Source: Antedon mediterranea (taxonomy: Eukaryota > Animalia > Echinodermata). Taken from it: a stretch of 64,000 nt of DNA. Below, piece by piece: positions 24,401 through 39,400 of this stretch. The notes under the pieces are model-generated. The model searched no databases. It saw only the letters and a list, made by a program, of their open reading frames with translations, and was not told the origin of the DNA. Position 1 is the stretch's first letter, and every line of letters begins with the position of its first letter. Both the position numbers and the translations under genes were made by a program. The stretch lies in the NCBI RefSeq assembly GCF_964355755.1, contig NC_092673.1, positions 2,666,001-2,730,000 of the forward strand, read 5' to 3'.

Positions 24401-27400
24401 AGCTAAATTCAAAATCTTGCAAGATTAAAGATACTATGAAGAAAAATTGCACATGAAGAATAATGTTGAAAGATCTAGAGGGATTTTGTAAAAACATAGC
24501 ACGAGTTTATTGTTATCCATTTACGAGCTGCTGACCAAGTATTAAAGTAGGTTTCCATTTTTTTTATCTTGTTGATGAGTCATCAACTGGTTGGCTTTAT
24601 GCACTACTCATTCCATAGGAGTAATATGTTTCTAAAGTATGTGATTTCTATTAACGACAGTCTTACAAATATTCAGTCAGTTGATTCATGACTTGTAGGC
24701 CTAAGGTAAACAAAGCCACGTAGGAGGTATACCAGGAGTTATACCCAAAATCAAAAGAGAAAACAAAACCTTAGTCAGCAAACGATTTAGATTTGCTTTG
24801 TTTTATTTTTTTTAATGGTTAAGGATAATAGGCAATTTGCGCAAACAGATTATGCACTCGTTCCACTTACAACAATGTGCTCTGTCTCCACTATCAAACT
24901 AGTTGACAAAAAGTGTATGTGCCAAAATATGGTAGTGATATGACATCATCATGTCCATGGGCACATCACATTATTTTGTCACAAAAAAATTGATAGTGTA
25001 GACAGAGCTTTACAGTATTATGTGCTCATGTGATCTTGTTCTATGTTGTTAACCCTGATAACTCTGATGTACCTCAGTAGCTGTATTCACCAATCACACT
25101 CAATACATATTTAAGTATTTCCCTAAAATTGTATTCACTTTATAAGATTTTAGGGTGTTTCCCTTAGCCTAAGCGTGAATTGTGAATACATCCACATGTT
25201 TCTGAGGGACTGTACTGTACATCCTTTAAGTTTAAATTGCGAGTCTAATCGGAGTCTACAGTATTAACTGCATATAGTCTTTTTAAATGCAAAAAAATAC
25301 ACTTGGTTTAATTTCTGATATCGCTCGTCTATACTTTTTCTTTAATTTTAAACCTTGTAACTGGACCATTTTGAAAAGCAGTTTAACTGAAAATGCAATC
25401 CAGTCAAAAGAAAGAATAAATAAAAAAATAAATAATAAGTCTGAAACATGGAGGTTAGATAGTCATTTTCTTAACACATTTTTAAATATTAAAAAAAAAA
25501 TGTGGATGATGGTCACAATAAGTTAACACTATTAAGGTCGGTTGTAACTCGGATATGATTTGAATCAAACTTAACTCTGTTCCTTGTCTCAGTACATGTG
25601 TGAACACAATAGGTATTATATATTAAATAAGTTATGTGATACTTTATATGTAAACAATTATCTCTCACCCTATGAACATCACTATGCACATTTGTTTCTT
25701 TAAACAACTTTTGTTGAGACATCTCTAGGCCCCAAATTAAAAATTCCCTGAAATTCCTCTAGTGATTTTCAACACTAATTGTTATAGAATTTTTCTAATT
25801 ATTTTTTACCGTGGTATTCATGTGGAAAGAGAATTTAATACAAAACTAATTACGTACTAATTGAATATTGAATATATGTCCCATCACTACCCATCTGAAA
25901 CAATTTTCCCCAATTGATTTCTACAGTATACAGATATCTTGTCAATTGCAAATCACTGTCTCCTTTACGTCGATATTTGTTCACTTTCCTTTGAGCGGAA
26001 TGTATGCAATTTCAATTAGATCTCCAATCCATTATAAAAAAGTTGATTAAGTCATTTTCAATGTTATTTGTAGTATTCATTATTCAATGACGAATCTATC
26101 GTTAATTCGGATTATTTCTAATTTCATTATAAAACTACCAACTGTAAAGCTCTGTCTACACTACTTTGAAAGAAAGTATGTCCAAATATGGTAGTGATGT
26201 GCCCAAATATGGTAGTGATATGGCCAAATATGGTAGTGATATGGCCAAATATGGTAGTGATATGACATCACCATGTCTATATTATGAGCACATCACATTG
26301 TTTTGTCACATAAAATTTGATAGACAAAGCTTAAGTAAAGATATGAATGCTAATTCAATAGCAAATCTTCTATATTAGTTGAAATGAACTGTGAATATAG
26401 GGCAGCAAGCCAACCCAATGGGGTCCAATTTTGAGAAAGTTTCCTGATATCATCTTACAGTTATTATATGACATCAGGCATCTTCTTCTTGGTTCTCCAT
26501 GCTCAGAGTGAAGTCTTTTCTAGTCTCCTCTCAAAATCTCAAAAATAAAATATTTAATTTTTTGAAAAGCAGTACAGTAACATATACTGAAAATGCAATC
26601 CAGTCAAAAGAAAGTATAAATAAATAAATAATATTTAGAGAACAAAATAAAATATTTAATTTTTTGAAAAGCAGTACTACTAGTACTACATTACTGAAAA
26701 TGCAATCCAGTCAAAAGAAAAAATAAATAATATTTGAAGAATATTACAGTAGTATAGTGTTTAATATATGATTCACATTGTACATGCTGCAAGGGCTTTG
26801 ATGATTTACCCACAATATCTATTGCGAAAAAATCTCCTTTGACAGTGAAAATGTCATCTATCAAAACAGTACTTTTAATTATAGACGCTTAATTAGTTAA
26901 TACTTCTTTCTTAATTAAAGCATTCCTTTCTTAACTCATAGGTTTCTCTCCTAAATCATAGGTTTCTTTCTTGTTCACATGTGCAATTAAGGATATTGAT
27001 AATCCATATTCTCTAATAAAGTAATATTTCCTTCAAGAATGATTTCAATTTACCTGCCTTAACAAAATGCAGAAACAAGGTAAAAAGATGTATATTATTA
27101 CCGGTTATGAAGATTCACGTTAAGAGTAACTTAAAGAGCCAGGGGCAACAGGATATGATATTATACTAGGCATATCATTAATTTAAATCAATATTAATAC
27201 AGACTGAATATAACCCTTTCAGTACTACAGTACAAGGTAATAATAACTAATAATAATAATAAGGCTATCCCATGAAGAAGAACAACTAACTTAGTTAGAC
27301 CAAAATGTGGGTTGTTTTATTAGAAACTTTATTTGTCTTCGAAAAATAAAAAACAGAGAAATGTTGGGGTTGTCAATATCATTGTCAGAAAATCTGATTA

Positions 27401-30400
27401 AAACGATACATACATAAACTAAAACTGGATGTTAGTCGAGGAGTGTACTTACTGTCTGTCATACCAGAGGATGTTGGTTTATAACTGGGAAAGAAGTTGG
27501 TTTATAAAGCTTGGTTCCCACTAGAACGTAATGCAAGGGCGTTAGGAATCACAAGCAAATAAGCCATCGCTTGTGATTGGTCAATTCACTTGCGTTGCAT
27601 TACGTCCTTGTGTTGCGTCGCTAGTGGGAACCACGCTTAACTGGGAAAGAAGTGCTGGGGAGAGGAGGGGGGAGAGGGAGAAGAGGAGTAAATTTGTATA
27701 TTCTATTCACAGACAGAATCAGATTTTATCAAAGAAATGTAGACAAGGCTGTAACCAAGAATGGATGTTGTTTTCCCCTTAGAACGAGGCACTGTATTAT
27801 CCTGTATAATGTAATAAAAGCATTTACTATAAAAATTATTAATATCTCTATTAAAATATGAAATTATTCTATTCAATAAGAAAACGAAACATCATACGTT
27901 TTATATAGAATTGCATAAATAATCAGTTTTTCCTGAATTATTAAAGCTGCTATACATCATTTATACATGATATTATCACATTAATAACATTTTTTTAAGT
28001 TTGAAAAATAAATCCACTACTTCAACAGAACATGAATAAATTATTCAAAAATCTAATTTCATTCAGTTTATATTATTGCGATATTTTCATGACAAGGACA
28101 AAAATCTATTAATAACTATCTTGAATGAAGTACAACTTGTTATGTTAAAAATATGTATAAGTAATTTTATTACATAATTTCATTTAAAAATGTCAAAATA
28201 ATGTTGCTAATCTAAATCAAATTCAGACATTTCTCTACTTGCGCTATTGAAATTGAATCTAGCTATAAATCAACTGACAAGTCGTTTGTGTCGGCATTTT
28301 TAAAATTTATTATTAGAAAGTGAGAATGTTATAGTTTCTATCTTTTAGGTGATTCTTCAAAATGTATCTTCAATCAGAGATTAGAATGTTTCTAGAAAAA
28401 TGTAATGATTTTGCTTTATAGCCTGTACATGATGAATAAACAAGAAATATTTCTTAAGCTCCGTCTACACTATCAAACTAGTTTGACAAAAAAAATTGTG
28501 ATATGGATAAATATCGTAGTGATATACCCAAATATGGTAGAGTTATGCCCAAATATGGTAGTGATATGACATCATCATGTCCGTATGGGCACATCATATT
28601 TCTTTGTCACATAAAGTTTGATAGTGTAGATAGAGCTTAAAAAATTATACAGATTTGTATAAAATTGTATGTGATTCAATGTGGAAATGACCATCTGAGT
28701 AATTGAAGGTTATGTCTTTGTGAATAAACACCTCAAATGAACCGGATGTACTGTATTTGACCACTTTTAACAAACAAGTACATTTCTACTAGCCAAAGAT
28801 TAAATAATTTCAGTAAATTGTACTACAGGTGTATTTGAAGGCCACATTAACAACACCATATAAACCTGTATTCATGCCAATCTGCTCTGTCTACACTATC
28901 AAATATGGTAGTGACTATGCTTAAATATGGTAGTGATATGCCCAAATATGGTAATGATATAATGATGATAAATATGATAAAATGAAATAAAATAAAATAT
29001 AAATATATTTGTGTAGTTATTGTTACGCGTTACCCTGGTGCAAGGACACAATAATACGGTTACTTACAATTATATTAATTAACAACGTTTACATTTCAAA
29101 ATACAAAGCACAAAATGGACCTGTTCGTGCAGACAATTATTCCAAGAGGGTAGGGCAAAAATAAAAAAAGACCTCATACAGTTAGCAGAATCAATATCAC
29201 AAATAAATGATAATGATGACAGGGATACTAAAAATACACAAAATAGTAACACAGGTTTAAAGAAAAATATGGTAATGCCTGCAGAAAGTTCTGAAAAGAC
29301 ATTAGTTGATTTACACTAATGACAACAAAATTGATTTATCATTTGTACTGACAGCATCTAAAATATGTTAATTGCATTCATCAGTGAACTAAATTAGTTT
29401 ACATTTTAAATACAATTGAAAGAAAGACATTAGATAAATAATTGTTCTGTAGCTTTTGGCGAAAATACTTAAAAAATCAATACTTAATTACTATACTGTA
29501 GAATACGGACTCAATAATAATTTATTTAATATTGATTATTAAATAAATTTAATCAAGTCAATTATTGATTTATCATTCCTGTCAGTAAAGCCACAAATTA
29601 AAAATCTATTTATTCTATTTTTAAATATTTAAATTGGTTTTTTTTTCCAAATGAATTAGGTATGGAAACACATTGGGTATTTACCAGATGTTCACATACT
29701 GTACTGTAATATGTTTATGGGTGTATAATTATACTGATAATGTACTAATACAGGAATGAAAATTTGTATAGGAAGTTGGTCTGTACACGTGGCCTTAGAA
29801 AGGTCACTATTTCATTTTTTATTATGTTCTATTATCATTAAAATCAAGATTAAAACATTCTGTTTCATTAATTCCTCTAGGAATTCATCAAACCACCATT
29901 AAAACCGAAACAAATAAGAGACGCTGTCCTTTACAGTTACCACCAGGGTATTCAATAATCTTTAAACGTGCATAATAGCCCAAATGCTGTATTGAATTTT
30001 GATCAATTTCATATCCCTTGACGAAAGCACCGGTACTCACGATTTCCGGAACATATTTTTATGCAATTTGGTCAAATGAGAATTATGTGTAGCTATTTTG
30101 TAAATGAATCCATGAGCTAATGAATTCAAATACAAACCAAGCACCAAGCATAAAATAAATTTAACATATTTAAATGCTTCACAACAGAATGTCATAGTAA
30201 AAATAAGACCCGTTAGACAACAGTGCATTCTATATAGTGTATTGCATGAGTAAAGTTGAAGAGTGATTAAAAGTAGGGTACTGCAAACTTTCAAGAGGTC
30301 AAAACTAGTTTTTTAAATGTTATTATAAGTCTTGACATAAAGTGAAAAATCAACACACAACATAGCTTGATTTATCATTAAATCAATATAAAAAGGAAGT

Positions 30401-33400
30401 GGACAGACTGCTGGAAGGACAAACTAAATAACAATTTCCGGTAATTTATATCACATTAATTAAAGACCATTTTTACCGTGATTCACAGTGGTCTTAATAG
30501 ACTTAATTAATACGACTGTAGCTACAATTATAACTGTTTTCATACCTTCCACCACCAATGATGTTTGGTCATCACAAACTGGACTTCACGATAATGTCCA
30601 TATTTATCAGGATGGTCAGCATTATTGCACTTTAACTGTTTGGCTCTACAAGAAAAAATATGCATTTTTTAGAAAAAAAAAATTTTTAAAAATGTCAACA
30701 AAAAAATCATTTGCTGGCATTTTTTCCCAATGTTTAGATCATTAAAATTAAAATTATCCTAATCTTATTATTCCTTTTGGAAATTCATTGCTCGATTTAC
30801 AAATATATAAAAATATGGAACAATACAAAAGGTAAACAATTACAAAAAAAAAGAAAACGCCACAAAACATGGGTAACAATGCAACAATAAACTTATTGCA
30901 AATCATCAGTTAAGCCGTGTCTACACTATCAAACTTTATGTGACAAAAAAATATAGATGATGTCATATCACTACCATATTTAAACATAGCACTACCATAT
31001 ATGGGCGCATCAAACTTTTTTGACACATAATGTTTGATAGTGTAGACAAGGCTTTACATTTAAAATTTTGATTGGTAATAAAAACTTCAAAATTGTGTTA
31101 TTACGTACAAATACGGATTTGAAGATTTGAAAATCAGTTTCAGTATTAAAGCCATTGGGACAGGATGAATAGGAACAATTTAAATGTTGGTAACTATAGC
31201 AGGCAATACAGATCATATACCAGTTACTTTGTGGTACAGAAACGGGAAAGAAGATTGAAGATTGTTTTATTATCTTAGATAATTTAAAGGACAACTTTAT
31301 CGAGAACCATATTTTGACAACGTATTTAGGATGTATGATTTCATATCAATTAAGATATTTACGATTTCGCTGACGGCTGTATGGTGCGAGACGAGATCTG
31401 AAATCTCACAATTGTTCTGAAATCCTATATGTATTCTAATACGTTGTCAAAATATGGTTCTTGGTAAATTTGTCTTTAAATGGATTGTGTAAAGGGAATA
31501 GATGATATGAAAGAATGCAACGCTTTAAGCAACATTACTATCTGCAATGATGTCAAAGGTACGTTTGTAGACAGACACTTGTAGTCTAGAATCTCTAACT
31601 GCAACATTGCTGTTTATTCTGTGTACAGTTTGCTTATGACGAGTGAGCCAATTAAGACAACTTTAAGCCAATTATGCGATGTTAAATGAATCTGTTTACA
31701 ATTGGAATTGGACAAAATAAATTGTTATAGATTATCAATACCTGCGTGTCCAATGTTAATTGTATACAAACTATTTGGACAACTGGATAGTAGTAGACTG
31801 TAGCATTTAATCAATCTTAATTTAATAATTGATGTTTACACCATGTAGGAAAGATGGTTACTGTACACACAATACTCTATTAGCAAAACATTTAGGACTT
31901 AATGAGTGAAGAACGGACAGTGACAGGAAATAGTGGGCATTCTCATGGGTTTTCATAACATACTCAGGGAATATAAAGGGAATCAAAAAGGAAACGATTA
32001 AACCGAACCTACATTTCAAATTGAAAACAGTTTAAACACCCAACCTAATGTTTATTTTATGGCCTTAAGCTCTGTCTACACTATCAAACTTTCTGTGATA
32101 AAATGTGATGTGCCCATATACGGACATGATGTCATATCACTACCATATTTGGGCAAACCACACTGTTTTTGGTCAAACTAGTTTGATAGTGTAGAGAGCT
32201 TTAGAATTTAGTTCAATTTCACCTCGTACATGGAATTAAATTGAAGCCCCATTAAATTCTGTAGAATTTACATCCCAGACAAACTGTAGCATTATCAATT
32301 CATAGAGTTACAGACGACTTTCTTGATATTACAAAGTAAGTATTTATAAAAGCCTAAAGGCAAATGACACTGACTTTTCCTAATGGACCCATCTACTTAA
32401 GTTGAATCAATAGATTGAATGTTGCGTATCAAAAACATTGCACGGATCAGAGACAGGGATTTCAGCGCCATCTTTACCTATTTCCTATTTTTTACAATGC
32501 AAAACTAAAAAAGAACACATATTTTATTTTTTGTGAGGGGAATACCCATTGAGAAAAAAAATCATAAATTTATGACTACAGATGGTCGTAAATTTGCTTG
32601 TGTGTAAGCCTTTTGTTATATTTTTAATTAATGCAGAAAACCACACATACAGTAGATCAACATTCAGTTATTTTTGTATCAGGGAGAAAATGTGGAAAAA
32701 CGTGAGAACAATATTTGGCCGGGCGACGAGTCTAAATATGGGAGTTTTCTGATCAATACAGGAGTCTTGGCATGTACGCGATTATTAATATTAGTTTACA
32801 GTTTTTGGTATTGACCCTATCAGCAGGGAGTTGTGAACCAGAGGTAATGTACGATATCAATAATGACTTTATGGCACAAATAAAGCCAAACACAGTTGAT
32901 AATGGAATCTACAAACAAGTGCCTTACTGTAGTCAAGGGTATCTATAGTAACAGTATTATATTTATATACAGTTCATTAAATAGGTTGCTTAGTATTCAG
33001 ATCCAGACATTGAATAAATAAATCTGTGTGGCTAGTGTCTCTTGGTGTCATCAACAGTACCGTAGGCAGGAAGACATATTTATGATCTTGAAATTGTTTA
33101 CTGAATGTATCGAAGGCAGATGCTGCAAAAAACATAGCAGTAACACTGAAAATATACTTTCTTTTTAAAATACATTATCAGTATGAAGACACATTTATGA
33201 TCTTGGAAATTGTTTACTGAATGTATCGAAGGCAGATGCTGCAAAAAACATAGCAGTAACACTGAAAATATACTTTCTTTTTAAAATACATTATCAGTAT
33301 AAAGATAATAAACTTCAATTTCATGGTAAGAATTATAATAAACAAGACATTTTATGAGAGGTACAGCCAAAATGATACTGTAATGTTAAAAAAAAAAATT

Positions 33401-36400
33401 GAATTATTAATTTAAAATTATAAAATTTATTATAATTTAAAATACTGCATAAATAGCAGCACCTAATAACTAGTCCTTGTCATCCCATTTCTTTTATTAT
33501 ACACCTAAATCTTTTATGCCATTGTTCATAATGATTAAAAATAAAATGGCTGAGCAAGTAACATTATATTTTGACTGACATGATATCATCTGAATTTCTC
33601 TTCAATTTTGACACAGATCATTACATCCTAACTACATTGTATTAGCCTTTAGCAAAATGTAACAAACATTATATAAGATCAAATGTTACCCATTAGCTTC
33701 CATTTAGCTTCTAACAGAAAATGAAATAAAAACTATTCCAAGCGTTCGTAAAATTAAATCAAACCGAGACATTAAACTCTTAACTCTACAATATAATAAT
33801 AATAAAATATTTATTTTAAAATGGATGCTTGTTCACAACAAAATGTGTTCTTCCACGAGGCTGTATGAAAGAAATAACTCTGCATTATAGTTGTACAGTA
33901 GTATAATAATTTAACACAAGCTAAATTATTATAATATTGAAAGACAGCTACAATCATGTAATGTGTGCAGTATGTTCATTTTACCACATACTGTGTATGG
34001 TAATCGTATACAATCAGCATTTAACATCATATTATATTTTCAATCTTCTATCAACTAAAGCCGAAGTTTTGTCATGTATCTGGACCATTCCATAGGCACC
34101 ACCAGATAGACTTTCTTCATCAGTGCTTCTATTTAGGAATGGATGATGACTACTATTTGGCAAGTAGACAAAACCCATTGCTCATTTAGGATATTTTGAC
34201 CAGAATAATGTAGAAATCATGAATCGCTTAATTCTGCATTTATTTCGAAAATCTTTTTATGCCATCAAATTCAAGTACAATAATAATAACATTTTAAAGG
34301 TAAAAAATACAACTTAGAGAGCTGAAGGGTCAAAGTTCAAATCCTGAATAGGTACGGTAGTAGCTTTAACCCTATTTTCAGTTTAGTGGGCCAGAGTAGC
34401 TGACCCAAATAAATTGCCAAACAGACAAAACCTAGTAATACCTGTAAGTATAAAAACGCAATAAAACATGTTGGGAATCAGAATTTAAAACTACAATGCT
34501 ATGTTACTAGCTATGTATAACTACAATGCTATGTTACTAGCTATGTATAACTACAATGCTATGTTACTAGCTATGTATAACTACAATGATATGTTACTAG
34601 CTATGTATAACTACAATGCTATGTTACTAGCTATGTATAACTACAATGCTATGTTACTAGCTATGTATAACTACAATGCTATGTTACTAGCTATGTATAA
34701 CTACAATGCTATGTAATACTAGCTATGTATAACTACAATGCTATGTTACTAGCTATGTATAACTACAATGCTATGTTACTAGCTATGTATAACTACAATG
34801 CTATGTTACTAGCTATGTATAACTACAATTTCAATCTATAATGAAAGAATAGAGGATATAAATTCATTTAAAATGATATAATATTAGCAATTAATATTAT
34901 CCTGTTGTACACAGAAGCCTAATTGATTTGCAATAGACAAACAGGATAGATTTTAGATTAAGCATGGTGGTTTAATCATTTTTCCCTCAACTCATTGTAA
35001 TATAATCAATAGTTAACAATAACAGAAGGTATAGCATGAATTATATGAATAAAACAGTACTTTAATTTAATCTTCTTTTTTCTCCTTTTCAGGGAATTTA
35101 TTCAATAATGTATATTTTGAGGGGGACAATATATCTTTATGAGAAATTTAAAGAAAGAAAAAAAGGTTGCAGGGAGGTATTCCTGGTATATTGGCCATTG
35201 GCCCTAGTACAAGGTATCAAATCAAGGTATTAAATATTTTTCTTTAAAATAAAATAATATAAAGTAAATTTTCATATTTTTGTTTATTAATAAAATATAA
35301 CAATTTGAGTCAAATATCATAGGGTTATAAATTTAATATTAATTATTAAATACATAAATACTGTCGAGTGAAACTAATATAATTTAATCTTGCTATAAAA
35401 ACAGACACGGTACTATCAAGTATTTTATTAATATGTCAGTTTGGCTGTATGGTTTATAAAGTGTAGTTATTATTCAGCATGTGTCACAGCAAGTGTTAAA
35501 ATCATACCCAGTTGTGTAACGAAGTTTCTCACGTTACCGACACTGAAAATCAGCTTGTTTTCTAAGGGTTTTAAATTTTAAAATCGAATCATTTTCAGCA
35601 TGGATTTTTCTACCTGTGTAAATATTGCAAGCCTGTTTGTGTTAAACAATGCGATAATAAATTTGATACAAACTGATAATATTACTGCAAATCACCTTGT
35701 GAATTTATCTGATAAACATACTTGACTAAAATTACACATTGTAAATTGCATTAAGGTCAGATATTATGGAAAATATAATATTGTACAGTTAGAGTACAGT
35801 TTAAAATGTTATACAGTAATTTACATTACACATATTACATAAACCTGGTGTCGTGTTAATGGCTCTGACAAAAAAAGTGTGATGTGCCCAAATATTGTAG
35901 AGATATGCTTAAATATGGTAGTGATACGACATCATGATGTCCATATGGACACATCAAATGTTTTTATCACTTAAAGTTTGATAGTGTGTCAGACAGAGCT
36001 TTATGAGTTACTACAATAAGCACGAAATAGACTGTAGATTTTTTGTTGATGTCTGTTATAACCTAGCACCTACTGCCACACAAATGATGCTTGCTATCTA
36101 TGCATGGGTTAGAAATTGGTCTTTGCCCTAATAAATCATAATTACATAGTACCATATTGTAGATTGTGCTGGGCGGAGTTGGTTGAGACAACTAGCCTAA
36201 ATACTTAACTAACCCAATCTTCAACAAAGGTACAGTAGACCCAGAACTACTGTCTGTATACAAACTCATGTTATTCTATATCCAATTTCTAACCTTCAAA
36301 CAATACTATTGTATAGTATTATAATTACCAGCAAGATAACTATACAGTCAACTCTCCCAATACCGGACTCTCTGAAAACCAGAAACTCTCCCAATACCAG

Positions 36401-39400
36401 ACTTTTTTTGAGAACCAAAAGGTCCCAAATTTATATTTACCATTAAAAACACATTCTGAATACCAGACTTTCCGGAAAACCAGACTTATTTGGCCGGCCC
36501 AAAGGTGTCCGGTATTAAGAGAGTTGACTGTACATGAAATCAACTCCTGGATGAAACTAATCATTTATTGATCTCAATATTGGAAGAACTTCATTAATTT
36601 CAAATAAACACTGCAGCCAGACACAGATAGAAATTGCAATTTGTATGGAATTACCAAAACAAGGCTAATATAATACTGTTCTGGTTGTACATTCAAGCTA
36701 TTTATCTACAGGCTATTCAGATTATTACTGTAGGTATACAGTATAGTACTAGTAGTTACAGTAATCTACTAAAGTACAATACAGTCCAAAATCCATTTTA
36801 TTTATTACAACAGGGTCAAATTAAACAAAGCATAGGTTTAGGTACAAAAAGAAATTGCACCACAGGGATTAACAACAATATAACATATTAACATTTAAAT
36901 GACTAGACCACTTCAGTTTTTAATTCTTCCATGGTAGGTGTATTTTACAATCTAAGTTCAACTTCGGGTCAAACACACACACAAACAAAACCTCATGATA
37001 GATTTTACACACATTAGCTAGAAGCAGCAGCAGCAACAACCACTCTAGACACAGATTGATTTATTAGTCTTTGTGGTGCTGCCAAAATGCTAGTATAAAT
37101 AATTATACAATCCACACTTGCATAGATTAGTTTCATTAATTACTCTAGCTACTAGTACAGTCGCACAATATTATATTATACATATTTTTTTAAACTCATT
37201 CAGTCACACACACTCAGGCTGTGTTTATACAACACCCTAAATTTGAACACGTCTTTAATTTTTAGCGTGTTGCACGGGCCGAGGTCAACCCCACAAAAAC
37301 CTTGCAGTTATACATTAAATCGTAATACCATGTTATACCGTACTGTAGTTCATAATTCTATTCTGGATTTGGACCAGTTGAAAACTTCTTATGCTTAATA
37401 CAAAATAATGATTTCTCTATATTACCAGGCGTTTTGCATTTTAAGATTCCTAAACATCTGTCCGTGTCATTCACAAACTAATCATCTTCTTAAAAAAACA
37501 ATTGTACTTTGTTTACATCATTAATGTCATAGTAAATCCAGATGTTTTAGGCCCTGTTCAGACCCATGGCGTTAGACCGTTTTAGCGTACGATGCTAAAA
37601 GAATGTGTGTCTGAACAGTTGGGGAATAGCGTACAACGCGTCGTACAACGGTTGTAGCGTTGTAGAGGAACGGTTGATAGTACCGTTTTAGCGTACGACG
37701 CTACTGTAAGTCAACGTTGTATCCAATCAGAACGTTTCCGGTTATCACGCGAAACAAGGTTTGACCTAGGCTGATGACATCTTGTATCGGCAATGTGTGA
37801 GAGATGGATTTCAACAACAAAAAGGCCAGAATAAATAAGGCCTAACTAGGCTATATACAACTGTTAAAAAACACTAGGCTACAAACTACATTTATCAACT
37901 GATTACCATTACGCATTATATTTTCTAACAATTGACTAAATAAATGCACCTTGTATTTAAACATAGTGACTACTACCCCCTTTTAGGCCTAGCTAAGAGC
38001 CATTCACGCATTTCATTCAAGCTAAAAACTAGCGTGGAATGGAACATCAAGTCACTCATACACAGTACAAGGCAGACTAGACTGGACAAGTTTAATGCTG
38101 AAAACCCCTAACTCCTAAAAAATTCAGTAAACAAACAAAGAGGCAAGCTGTCTCTTTTTTATTAGCAAGTTAAGGGTTATTTTCAACCGACTGAACTGGA
38201 CTAATGAACCCCGGACTAATCACAATCAATTTTTTCCACCATGTGGTTATAAAACACAGTCATTCTCCATCTTCATTAGGAGGCCTGCTTTATTTACGTA
38301 ACAACACTAGGCCTGGGGAAAATGTTTTTTTAATACAAAATAAAAACAATAGAAACAGAAATTTTGCTGTACTATATTTTTGTAAAATAAATGCAGAGGT
38401 ATGTTTTATTTATGACAAATTTTGTCATAATTGTAGGGCTGAGATCTACGCCTATATACAGTGGAAATAATGATGAAAACATATGGGTATAAGAGCACAT
38501 GAATATGCAACTAGAAACAACCTGAATGACGCACTTCCGTTGTAACGATAATCGTACGCTATGGGTCTGAACACCATTTTTTCTCTGCGGTTTGTAATGT
38601 GACCTTGCTAGTAACGTTATACGCTAAAACGGTCTAACGCTATGGGTCTGAACATAGCCTTAGTGATACAAATACTGTAGAAGTAAGCGAACTAAACCAT
38701 CAAGGTCAAAATTAACAATAAAGAAAGCAAAACATTACAATAATTTGACAAAAAATAATGTACTGTACAACATTTCTCTAATCAACTACTTTCAATACAG
38801 AAAAAAAGATAAACAATGAAAAAAAAAAGGCCAAAAAAGTGGACAACTGTTGATTGTACCTTCTACTGTAAGTGGCATAACAACAGGGGAATAAGACAAT
38901 TAGCAATTCTAATGTACCCTCCAACACTGGGTATTGTATTGGACCGCTGTGGGGCCTCTTGCTGGGATCCGTGGGTTTAGCCAGTGAGCGCTCATACTGT
39001 AGCCGTTATGCCACTGTATCTTCTCATATATATACAGTAGGCCTACAATAAAATATAATGGCAAACTTACTTCTTTTTATCCACATTCCGTGGGCAGTCA
39101 TTAGGATCCACTCCTGGAAATTCTTTTTCATAAATTTGAAGTAAATAAGGATAGAAAATCTGCAATGTCTGAAAAAACAAAGACATTAAAAACATTATAA
39201 CTCAAAATTTTGTATCAAGTTAATGCGTACAGTAAAATCTAGATTTGAGCTGAGATAGATAATTTTTTTGTGAGATGGCAAGATTAATTGCTGTAACATA
39301 CAGTATAACTATAATTATTTAAAAAATAAAAACAATTTTAAAGTAAAAACAAATAGCATATATTTATACAGTAACTGTTTAGAATATTTTACAATTACAT

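Noticed and set aside
34040-34190. Short minus-strand open frame (MGFVYLPNSSHHPF...) in the long MGAT2 intron as a nested gene
   Set aside because: About 50 codons, no recognisable motif and no convincing splice sites. Consistent with chance.
34489-34828. 30-bp regular repeats as a CRISPR array, or ORF 34501-34716 as a protein
   Set aside because: The units are head-to-tail with no unique spacers, the context is eukaryotic and there are no cas genes. The ORF is a by-product of the minisatellite.
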